64,000 nucleotides of DNA, from NCBI RefSeq assembly GCF_009914755.1, contig NC_060938.1, one strand, 5' to 3'. The stretch comes from the human T2T-CHM13v2.0 reference genome, Homo sapiens. This document shows, one piece after another, positions 30,011 to 42,109 of this stretch (the first letter of the stretch is position 1; each line of letters opens with the position of its first letter). A program made the translations under genes and the position numbers. The notes beneath the pieces are model-generated. The model was given only the letters and a program-made list of their open reading frames with translations, was not told the DNA's origin and did not search any database.

Positions 30011-33000
30011 ACAGGAGAAGTAAAGGGTTCAAGAAGAACTTAGATTTGTGGTAACTTTACCTATAATTAGATTTTAAGGTACAATATGAATATTTAAGGA
30101 TCATCCCAAATATGTGAACATTAAAAATGTCAACAGTTAACATTCACTCCAATACAAATCATGCTGCCATGCCATATTCAAAGACAGTGGTATTTGGCAC
30201 TTCTTATGAATTAAATCAAAATCAGTGTTAAATCACTTCTAGAGTCACACACTTTTTTGGAATCTGATAAAACTTTCAAAGCCTCTCTTAAAAGGACCCA
30301 TTGTCCAATATGTGAAAATATTTAGATCTTATTTAAAAAGTTCAGTAGATTTATTTGAAGCCTACAGTTGGCTAAGGCTCTGTAGGCTAACAACCTACAG
30401 TCAAAATGACTACGCTATTTATGCGAGAAATTTTTTTTTCTTTTTTTGTGTGTTAGAGTATGCAGGCATTTTTAGAGAAGAAATTTTGAGGGCAATGCTA
30501 CAGTAACATTTGAGTCATTTGAAAAACAAGAGATTATTGGTCAACATACTGGAGAATATCTAAGTTGTCTACAGAACATCAACAAATACTTTTGATATGG
30601 AGTTCAGTGACCCATCGAAACTATAAATCTCAAAGGCCTCCCAGCTTCAATCATGGTACTGTTGTACAGACCAAAACACTTGTACAAGAAAGCCCTACAC
30701 AAACATTACATGCGGGCAAAAATTTATGTTCCCAGAGCTATGGCAGGGATTTGGAGTGTTACTCTTTGTCATATAAACCTGCAGGGTGCTTGAAGAACTG
30801 AAGGGAAAGTTTGCTGCATATCTCAAGGATGCCAATAGAACATTATCTTTGATTTACAGTCGCCTTTTAATGGTATTTTATAGCTAGGCAATCAACATAA
30901 AACACAATGAAATGTAAACCTTTCAGCAAAGTAAGATGATGATTTTGGAGGGTAGGGAAATGTTTTAACATCTGAAGCAGCACTGTTAAGAATCTTTCCT
31001 CTCGACAGACAAATATAGACCATATAAATAGTTAAGCTGCTTTTCCTTCCCAGAATTCACACATTTAAATAGGTCAGGTCTGGTTAAACCAACAGAAGAA
31101 AAACAAAGGTCAAGTAGGAGTCCCTCTGTGATAGACTCATTATAGGAAGGAATAAGATATCAATGAATGTTTGTTAAACAATCATGTGAACACAATATAC
31201 GGATGATGTGTATGTGGGCATTTGTGAGGGTATATTTGATTATAGAAAGATACTCTTCTTGTCATTATATGTCATCTTTTCGGTGTCCATCTTTGTTGAG
31301 TGTGTGTGCACACGCACACTTGTCTAATCTCAGGAGCTAAACAAGTGACAATCACTTCTCTGGCCTAGGTTGTCAGACAGAGGTGGCCTCATTCTAGCTA
31401 TAATTTAGCCACTATTGCCCTCCTCCTGCTGTCCAGCCCCTGCCCCATTTTGCTCTCCTGCTGATTTTCTAACATTACACCTAAGCTTGCCCTTTCTTTT
31501 CACGGCACTCCGAAAAACTTCCTGAGCCATGAAGCTAGTTCAGAGAAAAACATGACATTTAAGAGACATAAGCCCAAAAGGACAACATCCCTATATTTCA
31601 ACCTCATTCTGATTTTTTCCTTTATTTTTATTAAGCTTATCTTTCCATTCATATATTTTGATGAGCTACACATAAAAGATATTTAACATGGAGGTAGAAA
31701 TGCAGGTTAGTGAACTCTGCATTGCACAGCTGATTATTCAGTGTCAAGAAATCACTTTTGGATAGTACTTAGTAAGAACAGAATTAATAACCACTAACAT
31801 GCAAAGTCTTCTCCCTGTCTCTTTAGAGCAATACAAACTGATTAGCTTCGAGCAGCAATTTAAAATAAAGAACTCATTGGAAGCTTCTAACAGTTTCATT
31901 TCCAGCTTCCATTATTTAGTTAACTAAACTTACTTTGCTAATTTTCAGAAATGTCTTATTTTTAAGTAGAAGTCACAAACATGTGCCTTGATTTATTCTG
32001 AGTATGAAACAAAAGCAAAAATGCTTATTAATGTAAAAGATATCCCTCTCACATTTCTAAGGGCAGCATTACAATTTCAAACTATATTGACTGCTATGTA
32101 AAGAAGACTCATAATGGAGTTTTCCCAGAAAAACAAACAAGCATACTGATAAATTAAGCGGCTTGCACGTATTCCTTAAGAACTTTGCAAGGTGTTTGAT
32201 GTTTCTAATGAAGGAGATTAAAAAGACGATACTATATTTTCAGATAAGGGGATAATTGGCAATACAAGGGTCTACTTAATCAATAGGCTGGTTTAGACTG
32301 GAAGAAGTCATGTTAAGGGAAATCTCGTGATATTGCAGGTAGAGTAACTTCTAACTCTGTGATACAGACTGCCTGTGGTTGCAACCTACCTGCACACCTA
32401 GTAGCACACTTTTAATAAACCGAATATACCAAACCAACTGTGAATCAAAATCAATAAATTATCCAGATTTTAGATTGTAAAAGGTGTTGCATCTTTACTG
32501 GGATCTTGCAGTGGCTGACGTTTGGTCCCCTCCCCCAACCCAATGATAACATAAAGCATGGAAAGGAGAATCAACCCTTATGAGTGATATTTGCAGCTTA
32601 CTTAGGATGAACTTTTTAAAGTTTATTGCCACAGAGAGAGAAAGAGTGAGGAAGAAATTTTGGCTAGTAAAAGTTGATATTATTTTCTATAAATTTCCTA
32701 CCTATGTAATCATTCTTTCCTGAAAATACACAGTAATGGTTTTGTTTCCTGCTTTTATTTTACGGTAGCCTCTACATTTGTGTTTTAAAATAAATCTCTG
32801 CAAAGAAAGAATAGCATTAGTGTTTTAAATGAAAAGCATTATAAATTGTTAGTTCTGCCAAAATTGCCCATGAGTTTTCTGTATCTAAAGACAATGTAAT
32901 ATAAGAAAAGATTACTGGTATCAAAGTAAAACCCTGTGGTTTAAATTCTGTTTCTGCTGCTTATCAGGGTTACAATCTTGATGATCCACTTAGCCTCTGT

Positions 33001-33169
33001 GAATCTCAGGTTTTTGGCTATAAAATTGAACAGTAATATCTTCCTCAAAGGCCTGGAAGGAGGAAATGAAATATCATCTGGAAACTGGTGGCATGAGGAG
33101 AGTACAACATATTTTAGAAGCTTCGGATAACTAACGTCCTAAGTAGCAAAAAAGAATAGAGTGCTCTAT

Positions 33170-33695
33170 GCAGCATATGGTTCCACTTATTTTAGATTTT
33201 TTACAGATCTTAGTTTCTCTTAGGTTTTATTATTAGACTTCTTTAATAAAAACAAATTAACATAATTAAATTTTAATAGGTAAAAATCCTAAATAAGGCA
33301 TGAATAAAAATAATTCAGTTAAACTTTCATAACAACCAAAAGCAAAACAAAACCAAAAGATTTCATAGATTGATTCTATGTCGATACCCCCAGGTGATTC
33401 TTGTGTACAGCTTTGGAATCACTGACCTAGAACAGAGGTTTTCAATCCTGGCTGCACATTAGAATTACCCAGAGAACTTAGAAAAAGAGATATCTATATA
33501 CCCTGTCCCAAACTAATTTAAATTAGAATCTCTAGGGCTGAGGCCCATTGTATTTTATTCAAAGTTCCCCAGGTGAGTCTAAACTACAGCCTTAGTGGAA
33601 AACCATCGCTTTAAACACGTCTTTAACATCATATACATTTATTTACACTTCTAAAGATTATACAATCTCCAGTGATAAAATTCCAGGCAAAGTGA
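33170..33695 (+). repeat. Left arm of a ~525-bp inverted duplication
   Basis: Aligns to the reverse complement of 34066-34592; for example 33257-33371 is an exact match. Confidence 0.97.
33432..33610. mobile_element. MER5A-type hAT element inside the left arm (mirror copy at ~34150-34332)
   Basis: CAGAGGTTTTCAATCCTGGCTGCACATTAGAATTACC...AGAATCTCTAGGG..CCCCAGGTGA..AAAACCA. Confidence 0.75.
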
Positions 33696-33794
33696 TTATG
33701 ACATGAAGGACTGCAGGCAACATGGAGGAGATGCCATGGCGCCATTAATTTGGCAGAAGGCCCTTAGATCAAACTATAGAGAAAAGTTAGGATC

Positions 33795-33946
33795 ATGGAC
33801 TACCTACATCAGAATCCCTTGGAAAGCTTATTCAAGTTGCAGGTTTCTGGGCCTCACTTCAGAGATACTGAATCGTAGTGACCTGGTACCGGGGCTTAGG
33901 ATTCACTCTGCATGATTCATGTACACAGCAGTTGGAAAGCCACTGC
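33795..33946. mobile_element. MER5-type fragment in the spacer of the inverted repeat
   Basis: CATCAGAATCCCTTGGAAAGCTT..GCAGGTTTCTGGGCCTCAC..AGAGATACTGAATC..GATTCATGTACAC..GGAAAGCCACTG. Confidence 0.6.
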
Positions 33947-34065
33947 CCCAAAAGCAACTGCCTTCCCTTAAAATAGTACAGAAGATGATGACCAGTTTTG
34001 GTCCCTCTCTATTCCCCATGGAGAAGAGACAGAGAAAATGGCTCAACTACAAGTGAGTTTTCCCG

Positions 34066-34592
34066 TCATTTTGCCTGGCATTTTACCCCTGGAGATTGTG
34101 TAATATTTAGAAGTGCAAATAAATGTGTGTGATATTAAAGATACATGTATAAAGCGATGGTTTTCCGCTAAGACTCTAGTTTAGACTCACCTGGGGAGCT
34201 GTGAATAAAAGTATAATGGGCCTCACCCCTAGAGATTCTAATTTAAATTAGATTGGGACAGGGTATATAGATATCTCTTTTTCTAAGTTCCCTGGGTAAT
34301 TCTAATGTGCAGCCAGGGTTGAAAACCACTGTTCTAGGTCAGTGATTCCAAAGCTGTGCACAAGAATCACCTGGGGGTATCGACGTAGAATAAATCTATG
34401 AAATCTTTTGGTTTTGTTTTGCTTTTGGTTGTTATGAAAGTTTAACTGAATTATTTTTATTCATGCCTTATTTAGGATTTTTACCTATTAAAATTTAATT
34501 ATGTTAACTTGTTTTTATTAAAGAAGTCTAACAACAGAACTGAAAAGAAATTAAGATCTTTAAAAAATCTAATACGGGAAAGCATTTCCTGC
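34066..34592 (-). repeat. Right arm of the inverted duplication
   Basis: Reverse complement of 33170-33695; 370-bp spacer at 33696-34065. Confidence 0.97.
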
Positions 34593-34823
34593 CTCATTTG
34601 TGTAGGTAAAGGTTAGAAATCTGCATCAAAACATAAACTCTCTTTTATATACAAACCCCCTGCTGGGCCTCACAGCTGAGGCCAGCAAGGTCCTTTATCA
34701 CCATATTCACTGTGTTGCCTATATCCACAAAGTGTCATATCTCTGGATCTGTTCTACCCGACTCCACCCCCAATCTGGGCAGTTTCATTCTCTAGGGACT
34801 GTGGAAGTCCCAGAAATTTGCTG

Positions 34824-34881
34824 AATGACAAGAAAGCTCTCTTAGCAAGGAAATGAAAAAGAAAGCTCTCTTAGCAAGGAA
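34824..34881. repeat. ~29-bp tandem duplication
   Basis: AAGAAAGCTCTCTTAGCAAGGAA occurs twice, followed by a partial third GAAAGCT. Confidence 0.85.
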
Positions 34882-37800
34882 GAGAAAGCTGGTTCCTTAA
34901 ATAAAGGAACAAGAAATAAACAGCCAAGTTTTTGAAACTACCATTCAAAGATTTACCTCTATTTTAATTGCTTTATCATCTATCAGCTTTGAACTCTTAC
35001 AACTTCAGGGAACTAAAGAGAAAAGTAAGAGTATTGAAAGGCTTTATTAGTAAAGACAATCCTGCTTATTAACTTCAGATTTGTATGACTACTGATATTT
35101 TAAAAATACCTTTGCTATCACCTCACCTACTTCACCCAATAATTCCTTGAGCTCTACGGGATGTATTATATATAAGAGAAAAATTAATAAACTTTTCAAA
35201 GACTTTAGTTCCAGGACTATTACTTTGTCACTTAATATTGAGGGATTATAGCACATTATCTAACTCCTCAGGTTCTTGGATTTTTCATTTATAAAATGGA
35301 GACAATGTTATATTCTCTGAAGGACATGTAAGATACTGCATTTTAAACAGATTTCTAAACTGTAAGAGCTTCAGAAGTGTCAGATATTATAATTATTCTC
35401 ATTTAAAAACGACCAAATTGAAGCACAAGAGATTAAGGTGGGCACTCAAATTAAGAGTTACTTCCATCATATCAGTTATTTCCATACCATCATAGTCTCA
35501 AAATACTGCTCAATGGACTTTCTGACAACAAATCAAATGTAAAAACATTGAGCACCTATTATGATTTGGGATACTAAATAAAGACAAAAAGAACTGTTCA
35601 TATCTTGAGCATGAATTATGAAGAGAAGTATAACCACATAAGTTTGCATATTATAGATTCGTAAGTAGATAAACTAAATGAAAATGGAGTGTCTCAGCAC
35701 CTGACACCACATTTCACACTACGGTCAGAAACCATGATTGTTCATTCACCAAACCGATCATTCAGAGGGTTCTGGGAAAACCTCTTCTGACTTGAAATAG
35801 CTAAAACAGCAGGAATTTTTTTACACACCACATGCCTCTTTCTAAGGGTTTGAAAAATCAGAATCCTTGGGAAAAAATCAAGTTAAATATCATAGTTTTC
35901 AGAATACCTTCCAATCTGAAGGACTGTCTGGCATGAGGAGGAGTGAAGGGAGAAAGAAGGAAGTTGGGAGAAATAACCAGGGAGATTATAAAGGGTACAT
36001 CCAGACTGCAATTCAGACGGTGCCCTCTACATTTTGCTTTGACCTGGAGTCTAGCAGAGGATGCTCTTGACCACCTCATTTCCTGCAGGATCCTGACACT
36101 GCACAAATTGCCAGCAAGAGTGAAGGTCAACTCTCCAGGCTTTTAACGCACAAAAGTTATCTTGTGCAGCAAATAAATTCATGGCTGGTTACTCAGTTTG
36201 CTTGTGTAGATCAGAAGCTCATGAAGCAGAAAATCTCTGAAAGTCATTAGACCCCTATGGTCAGGCCTGTGTTATTCTAAACATAGTGGCAGCCATGTCA
36301 ATTCCATACACTAGCACACTGTCCTCTAACAATGAGAGGTTATCATCCTAGAAAAGAAAACCTTAAACTAAATCAGTATTAAGTGGAGTCTAACTTTCAA
36401 CAAAAACTGGAATTTGTCAGAATAACATGGTATGAAATGTTCAAAAACACTAAATTTATCAACTCTGTCAACAAGTATAATATAGACAGAAACTTTCACA
36501 GAGCCAATCACATATATTTTATTCAATTTTCTTTAAACAATCCCTGGAATAAGGACTTTGGTCAGAAGCCAGGGCCAGAGAGACTCCAAACATCATGTCT
36601 GTAAGGGGTTGGGAAAGGAGTGACCTCTCTGGTTGGTGAGGTTGGAAGAATAAACAGCCTAGCCACTTCCTCTCCCCTTTTGAAGCCATCCTGCCTGGAG
36701 GGATGATGCATTCCATTGCAACTGTCTAATGAGGAGTTATTCAGCCATACCTGTGCCTGCATGGTAAGTTTGCCTAATTCAGGGCTAAAATATCAGGAGG
36801 ACCACTTGATACAGCCCTGAAACCATCTCCACTAATCAGCTTTCTCAGTAATAACAGTCACATTTTGATATTTCGATTGGTTCCTGTGACATGGACATAA
36901 GGATTCTGTATCTTGGACCCTTCAAGCCCTACAGCTTCCTAAAGGATGTCAGGCAGAGTCAACAGAAGAGCGGGTTTCTGAGCACCACAAAGCTGTGTGG
37001 AGAACAAAATGGGGGAAGTGGCGACAGAGGCAAGACTAGAAGTTTCTAGGAAGTGGGAGAAAAGAAGTGTGAATTCATCAAATGGAAATTTTACAATTTT
37101 CTCACGACCTGGCTCTGCCACACACTTTCATGGCATTCACTTCTCTTCAACAAATTAAACAATTCTAGCCTCTTTCACCTTTTCCTAGAAATATTATTTA
37201 TGTTAGAGGAATATAAATCCATGTAATATCTGTATTTGGTCCTCTTGCAAATACAAGGCATGCAAATGTTGATTCACCAACCTGCCAAATATATTCAAAA
37301 CATTACAGTACAAAATACTACTCTAGATGCTATGATTACATTATTCACATGCTTTGCCCTCAAGTTGCACACCAAAAATAAAAAGAACAATGCACAAAAA
37401 AGAATTATAATAAAACATTTAATTAACAAGCTCAAGAAACTACTTCTCTAAGTTTGCTGAAGCTTTGAGGCAAAAATACCTCGTGCCCAGATGGCACAGG
37501 TGCCAATCAGGGGGCACTTTAGGGCTGTTTCCATTAGCAGGCCAGCCATCTATCCTGGAAAGAATATCACTGAGCTCTGTTTTCGGCTGGTGACTTTCTC
37601 TAATTCATGAGCTGCTCTTTTAAAATGACAGTTCTCTCTTCCTGTGTTTCTTTTAATTAATAACCCTGTGGAGTATTTTTCATTAAAAATGAATTTTACC
37701 TTTACTATGAAATGTCAAACATGAATAAAATGAGCAACTTTTCTTGAACGGAATATTATTTTAAAAAGGTATCAGTTCACCTTTTCCTTGACAAGTCTGA

Positions 37801-38038
37801 CTAGTGGAATGAGCTTGTTCAAGCAATATTTCTCTTTCTTCCCCTATCAGTGGCCTCTCTTTATTATGTTCTTTCACAAGCAGATAAATTGAAGCAAATA
37901 GTGTTTTTAGAAAAATTAAACTTCAAACACGCTATCATGTTAAGATCAAAATTTTATGAAATCAAAATGTAGTTGCCTTCTACTTCTAAAAGTGCAATTC
38001 AAATTTAGTTTGAGGCTGTAAATAAAAAAGCAAACTCA

Positions 38039-38345
<307 letters not shown>

Positions 38346-39022
38346 TCAGCTCTTAATTTACAAAATTACTGGGTTAATACTAAGCACAGATTGGCAAAGC
38401 TCTTTGCCATTTTTCCCAATGCTTCCCCTGAGTGTCTCCCATTAACTGGAACATATTTGTATAATAACTCTATTTCTATAGCCACAAAGGCATGGTTATA
38501 AGGACAGTATCTCAGCAGATAGCAGGGTTCTCAGCCAAATGATAGATATAATTCAGGATGAGCTTAGAACCTGTAGTTAAAGTGCAAGCTTTAGGTCAAG
38601 TTAAATCAACTAATGCTAATCTCAGCACATGCAGCAAAACAGTACAGAAGTCTGTTCGTTAACCTAAATTAGAGAAACGCAATTCATGAACTAAAAGTGC
38701 CAAGACCCTGACTTAACATCACAACCCCTACCTGTTCACTTAAGATGTATCATTAGCCAAATAATTTAACAAATGTTAGGGAACACAGTTAAGATACTAC
38801 TCATAACAGAGGTTATGCTGACTGTGTGGAGTTTTTAGAAAATTGGAATTAGATACTGTTTTGTGTTAATAGGAGAAAAAAAGGCATTTCCTTTGGGAAG
38901 ACTCAGTATTATCTTAGGCAAGTGTAGAAGTGTTTATTTCTGCAATTTCAAGCACACTGCATTGCTGTATATGAAATTCCTTGCCACTAAACGTTATACT
39001 TAGCTTATAAGAGGGTGATTCT

Positions 39023-39541
39023 GGTTACAGGAAAGGGGTCCCGATCCAGACCCCAAGAGAGGGTTCTTTGATCTTGCACCAGAAAGAATTCAGGGTGAGT
39101 CCACAGTGCTAAGCAAAAGCAAGTTTATTAAGAAGTAAAGTGGTGAAAGGACAGCTACTCCATAGACAGAGTAGGACGTTCCTGAAAGTAAAAGGAGGCA
39201 CGCATCCACCCTAGGTACAATGCTGGTATATATGGGGAGATATAGTCTGCTACAAGGGTTTGTGATAGAGGATTAATTTTCCTAATTACTATATTTTGCA
39301 AGAATCGATATTATTATCTTCAAAGCAAAATTAGGAATGTCTTTCTTCTTCAGATATCGGGATATCTGGACACTCCCAAGTCGGGGTCTGTTTAGTAAAC
39401 ATTATTAATTTGTTCCCTTAACTGTGAACATCTAGAGGCTCGGAATGCCTACCTTTCTGAAGATGCAGCCCAGCAAGTCATGGCCCCATTTTCCCAGCCC
39501 TTATTCAAGATGGAGTCGCTCTGGTTCGAATGCCCCTGACA
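39023..39541 (-). mobile_element. MER41-family LTR (3' LTR of the provirus remnant)
   Basis: Reverse complement begins TGTCAGGGGCATTCGAACCAGAGCGACTCCATCTTGAATAAGGGCTGGG (MER41 start) and ends CTTGGGGTCTGGATCGGGACCCCTTTCCTGTAAC; a purine-rich PPT-like tract lies directly upstream on the - strand. Confidence 0.9.
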
Positions 39542-39767
39542 TATCTCCCTGCTTCCTTTACAAGAGGACCTTAATCCTAAGGGTTGCAGAGGGATGAAGA
39601 TCCGTCTTCTGTAACTTCTTCAGGCTGAATAGGGGTGATGATATTCCTGCCTAACTATGGTGTCTTGCATTTAGGGTAGAGAGGAGCTCAGTCAGAGAGC
39701 GTTGGTATGGCGAAGGTCATTCATAACTGCGAGTTCCGACAAAAAAAATCTTCCAATATCTGGAAGA

Positions 39768-40226
39768 TTAATAAGTGTCCAATTTAAGAAAGTGTTGAAT
39801 GAACTTGTCTTGTATTCCTGCACAAAGAGTACAACTGCAATATATCCCACAAAAGCAAAGTAAAATAAGTAAAATCATTCCCAAGTAAACTAAACAGAAA
39901 GGCTTTCCAAGAACTGGGCAGCTGTTGGAACCAAGCCGATATAGGGTCAACCAAGCCGATAGCGTATCAATGGCAGAAATATGAGTGTCTAAAGCTTTCA
40001 TAGCTTGGGTGATATTATTTGAATAGTCTGGAACATACACACAGCACTCGGCTTTGATCAAAGCACAAGTTCTCCCTCAAGCTGCTGTTAAAATGTCCAC
40101 ATACCCAACAGTTTGGTTATGTAGAGAGGCTAAAGTCTGTGCCCACTCAGTAAATAAGTTACTCTCTGCCTGATTCCAACTTATATTCCAAAGTAGAATG
40201 CCAATCCATATCTTTAGGTTACCCAT
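39768..40226 (-). pseudogene. ERV env remnant: signal peptide and SU start fused to the C-terminal half of TM
   Basis: MGNLKIWIGILLWNISW..NLFTEWAQTLASLHNQT-CWVCG joined directly to DILTAA*GRTCALIKAECCVYVPDYS (CX6CC motif) and a hydrophobic anchor; contains a stop and frameshifts. Confidence 0.85.
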
Positions 40227-40329
40227 CCCTTTCATTTCTTCTGAACAGGAGTCGAAGGTCACTGATTGGCTCACAGGAATAAACAAGATCAGTCTCTTGT
40301 GTTCCATTGGCCTGTGGGACTTCATAAGA

Positions 40330-42105
40330 AATGAGTTTAATTCCAGATAAGCAGACCCACCTGTTTATTCCCAGAAGTTTAATGGCAATTGGGGTACTAA
40401 GGAGAACTTGATAGGGTCACCTCCATTTTGAGGAAAGTTGACCTGCTGGGGATCCTTCCTTCCAAGTTTTTAATAGGACCCAGTCTCCCAGCTGTGTTGT
40501 AACAAGATTCTCTTCCTTAGGAGGGGAAGGGAGTCTTTGACTTCCATATTCAAGAAGTGTGTTTTGCACTTGTCCCAAGTTGATCACATAACTCTGTAGC
40601 TTGAAAGTATCTATGTCTATTAGGAGGTCTGTAGTTAAGAAAGGACTTTCATCCATTATTTCAAAAGGGCTGAGCTGCAGATTTCCCTTAGGGGCCACTC
40701 GAACCCTTAATAAGGCTACAGGTAATAAAGACAGCCAGGTTTCTGATGTCTCTTGGCACCGTTTAGCAAGAGTCCTCTTTAGAGTTTGATTGGCTCTTTC
40801 CACTTTCCCCAAGACTGTGACCTCCATGCCAAGGGAAGGCGGTCCTGAATTCCTAAGGCTGAAGATATGTTTTGGGTAATTGTCGCTGTGAAAGATGGGC
40901 CATTATTGTTCTGTAAGCGCTTAGGCAGCCCAAATTTAGGAATTATTTCCTTTAGTAGCTTAGAAACCTCAATTGCCTTTTCAGACCAGGTAGGAAAAGC
41001 CTTGATCCAACCCCAACTGGTAAAGGTGTCAATGAACACTAATAAATATTTAAATATTTTACATGGGGGCATCTGGGTATAGTCTGTTTGCCAATCTTCA
41101 CCAGGGTATGCTCCCCTGTGCTGAACAGGCCTTACTAGAGGAGGAGGTGAAGACTGGTTATTTGGGTTATTCCAGGCACATAGTTCACAGGCCCTAGTTA
41201 CCGGCTTTACTGTTTTAAGTAAGCCTTTACGTATAAAAAGCTTTTTTCCTATAAAAAGACATTAAGTGAAACAGGGAAGCTCTTCCCAAATGAGTAGAGT
41301 CATGCAACTACTTAACTGTTTTCCACTGATTAGCACCTGATATTAACAGTTTGCTGTCATTGACAAGCCAGCCAGAAAGCTCTTGAATTAAGCCCTGACC
41401 TTTAGCCCATTCTTGTTCCTCTTCAGTATATCTAGGGTCTGTCATTGCCGTGGCTGAGGGTACAAACCTGCCGACAAGTCCAACTGGCTCCTTTAATGCT
41501 GCTGCCTTAGCAGCTGTATCTGCAAAGGAGTCTCCCTTAGCCACATTAGAGTCTCCTTTTTGACGTCTTCTGCAATGGATTACAGCTACTTCCTTGGGCA
41601 GCAAAACAGCATCTAATAGATTTAGAATTTCTAAGTGATGTTTTACAGGAGAACCCTTAGCAGCTCAGAGTCCCTGTTCCTTCTAGATAGCAGCAAGAGC
41701 ATGAAGTACCAGAAAGGCATACTTAGAATCAGTGTAAATGTTAACTCTTAAATCTTCTCTTAATTGCAGGGCTCTAATAAGAGCTATTAATTCTGCCTTT
41801 TGAGCTGAGGTAGAAGCTGGTAAGGCCTGAGATTCAATTACCTCATGTTAACTGACAACAGCATACCCAGCTTTCCTGTTTCCCTGGTGCACAAAGCTAC
41901 TTCTATCTGTAAACCATTCTACCTCAGGATTATCTAGAGGCTCATCCTTTAAATCCAGACGGCTGGAGTAAACTTGCTCCATAACTTGTATATAAGAATG
42001 ATCTAGGGTGCCTGTGGGTTTAGGCAAATAGGTAGCTGGATTCAAAGTTTGGCATACTTTAAGTGTTATATAAGGAGCATCTAGCAACAAAGCCTGATAT
42101 TTATT
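40330..42105 (-). pseudogene. ERV pol remnant: connection/RNase H plus integrase; RT absent
   Basis: [34 protein letters not shown] (RNase H); YLLVFIDTF, NNGPSF, GKVERANQTLK (integrase core); several stops and frameshifts. Confidence 0.9.
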
Positions 42106-42109
42106 CACA

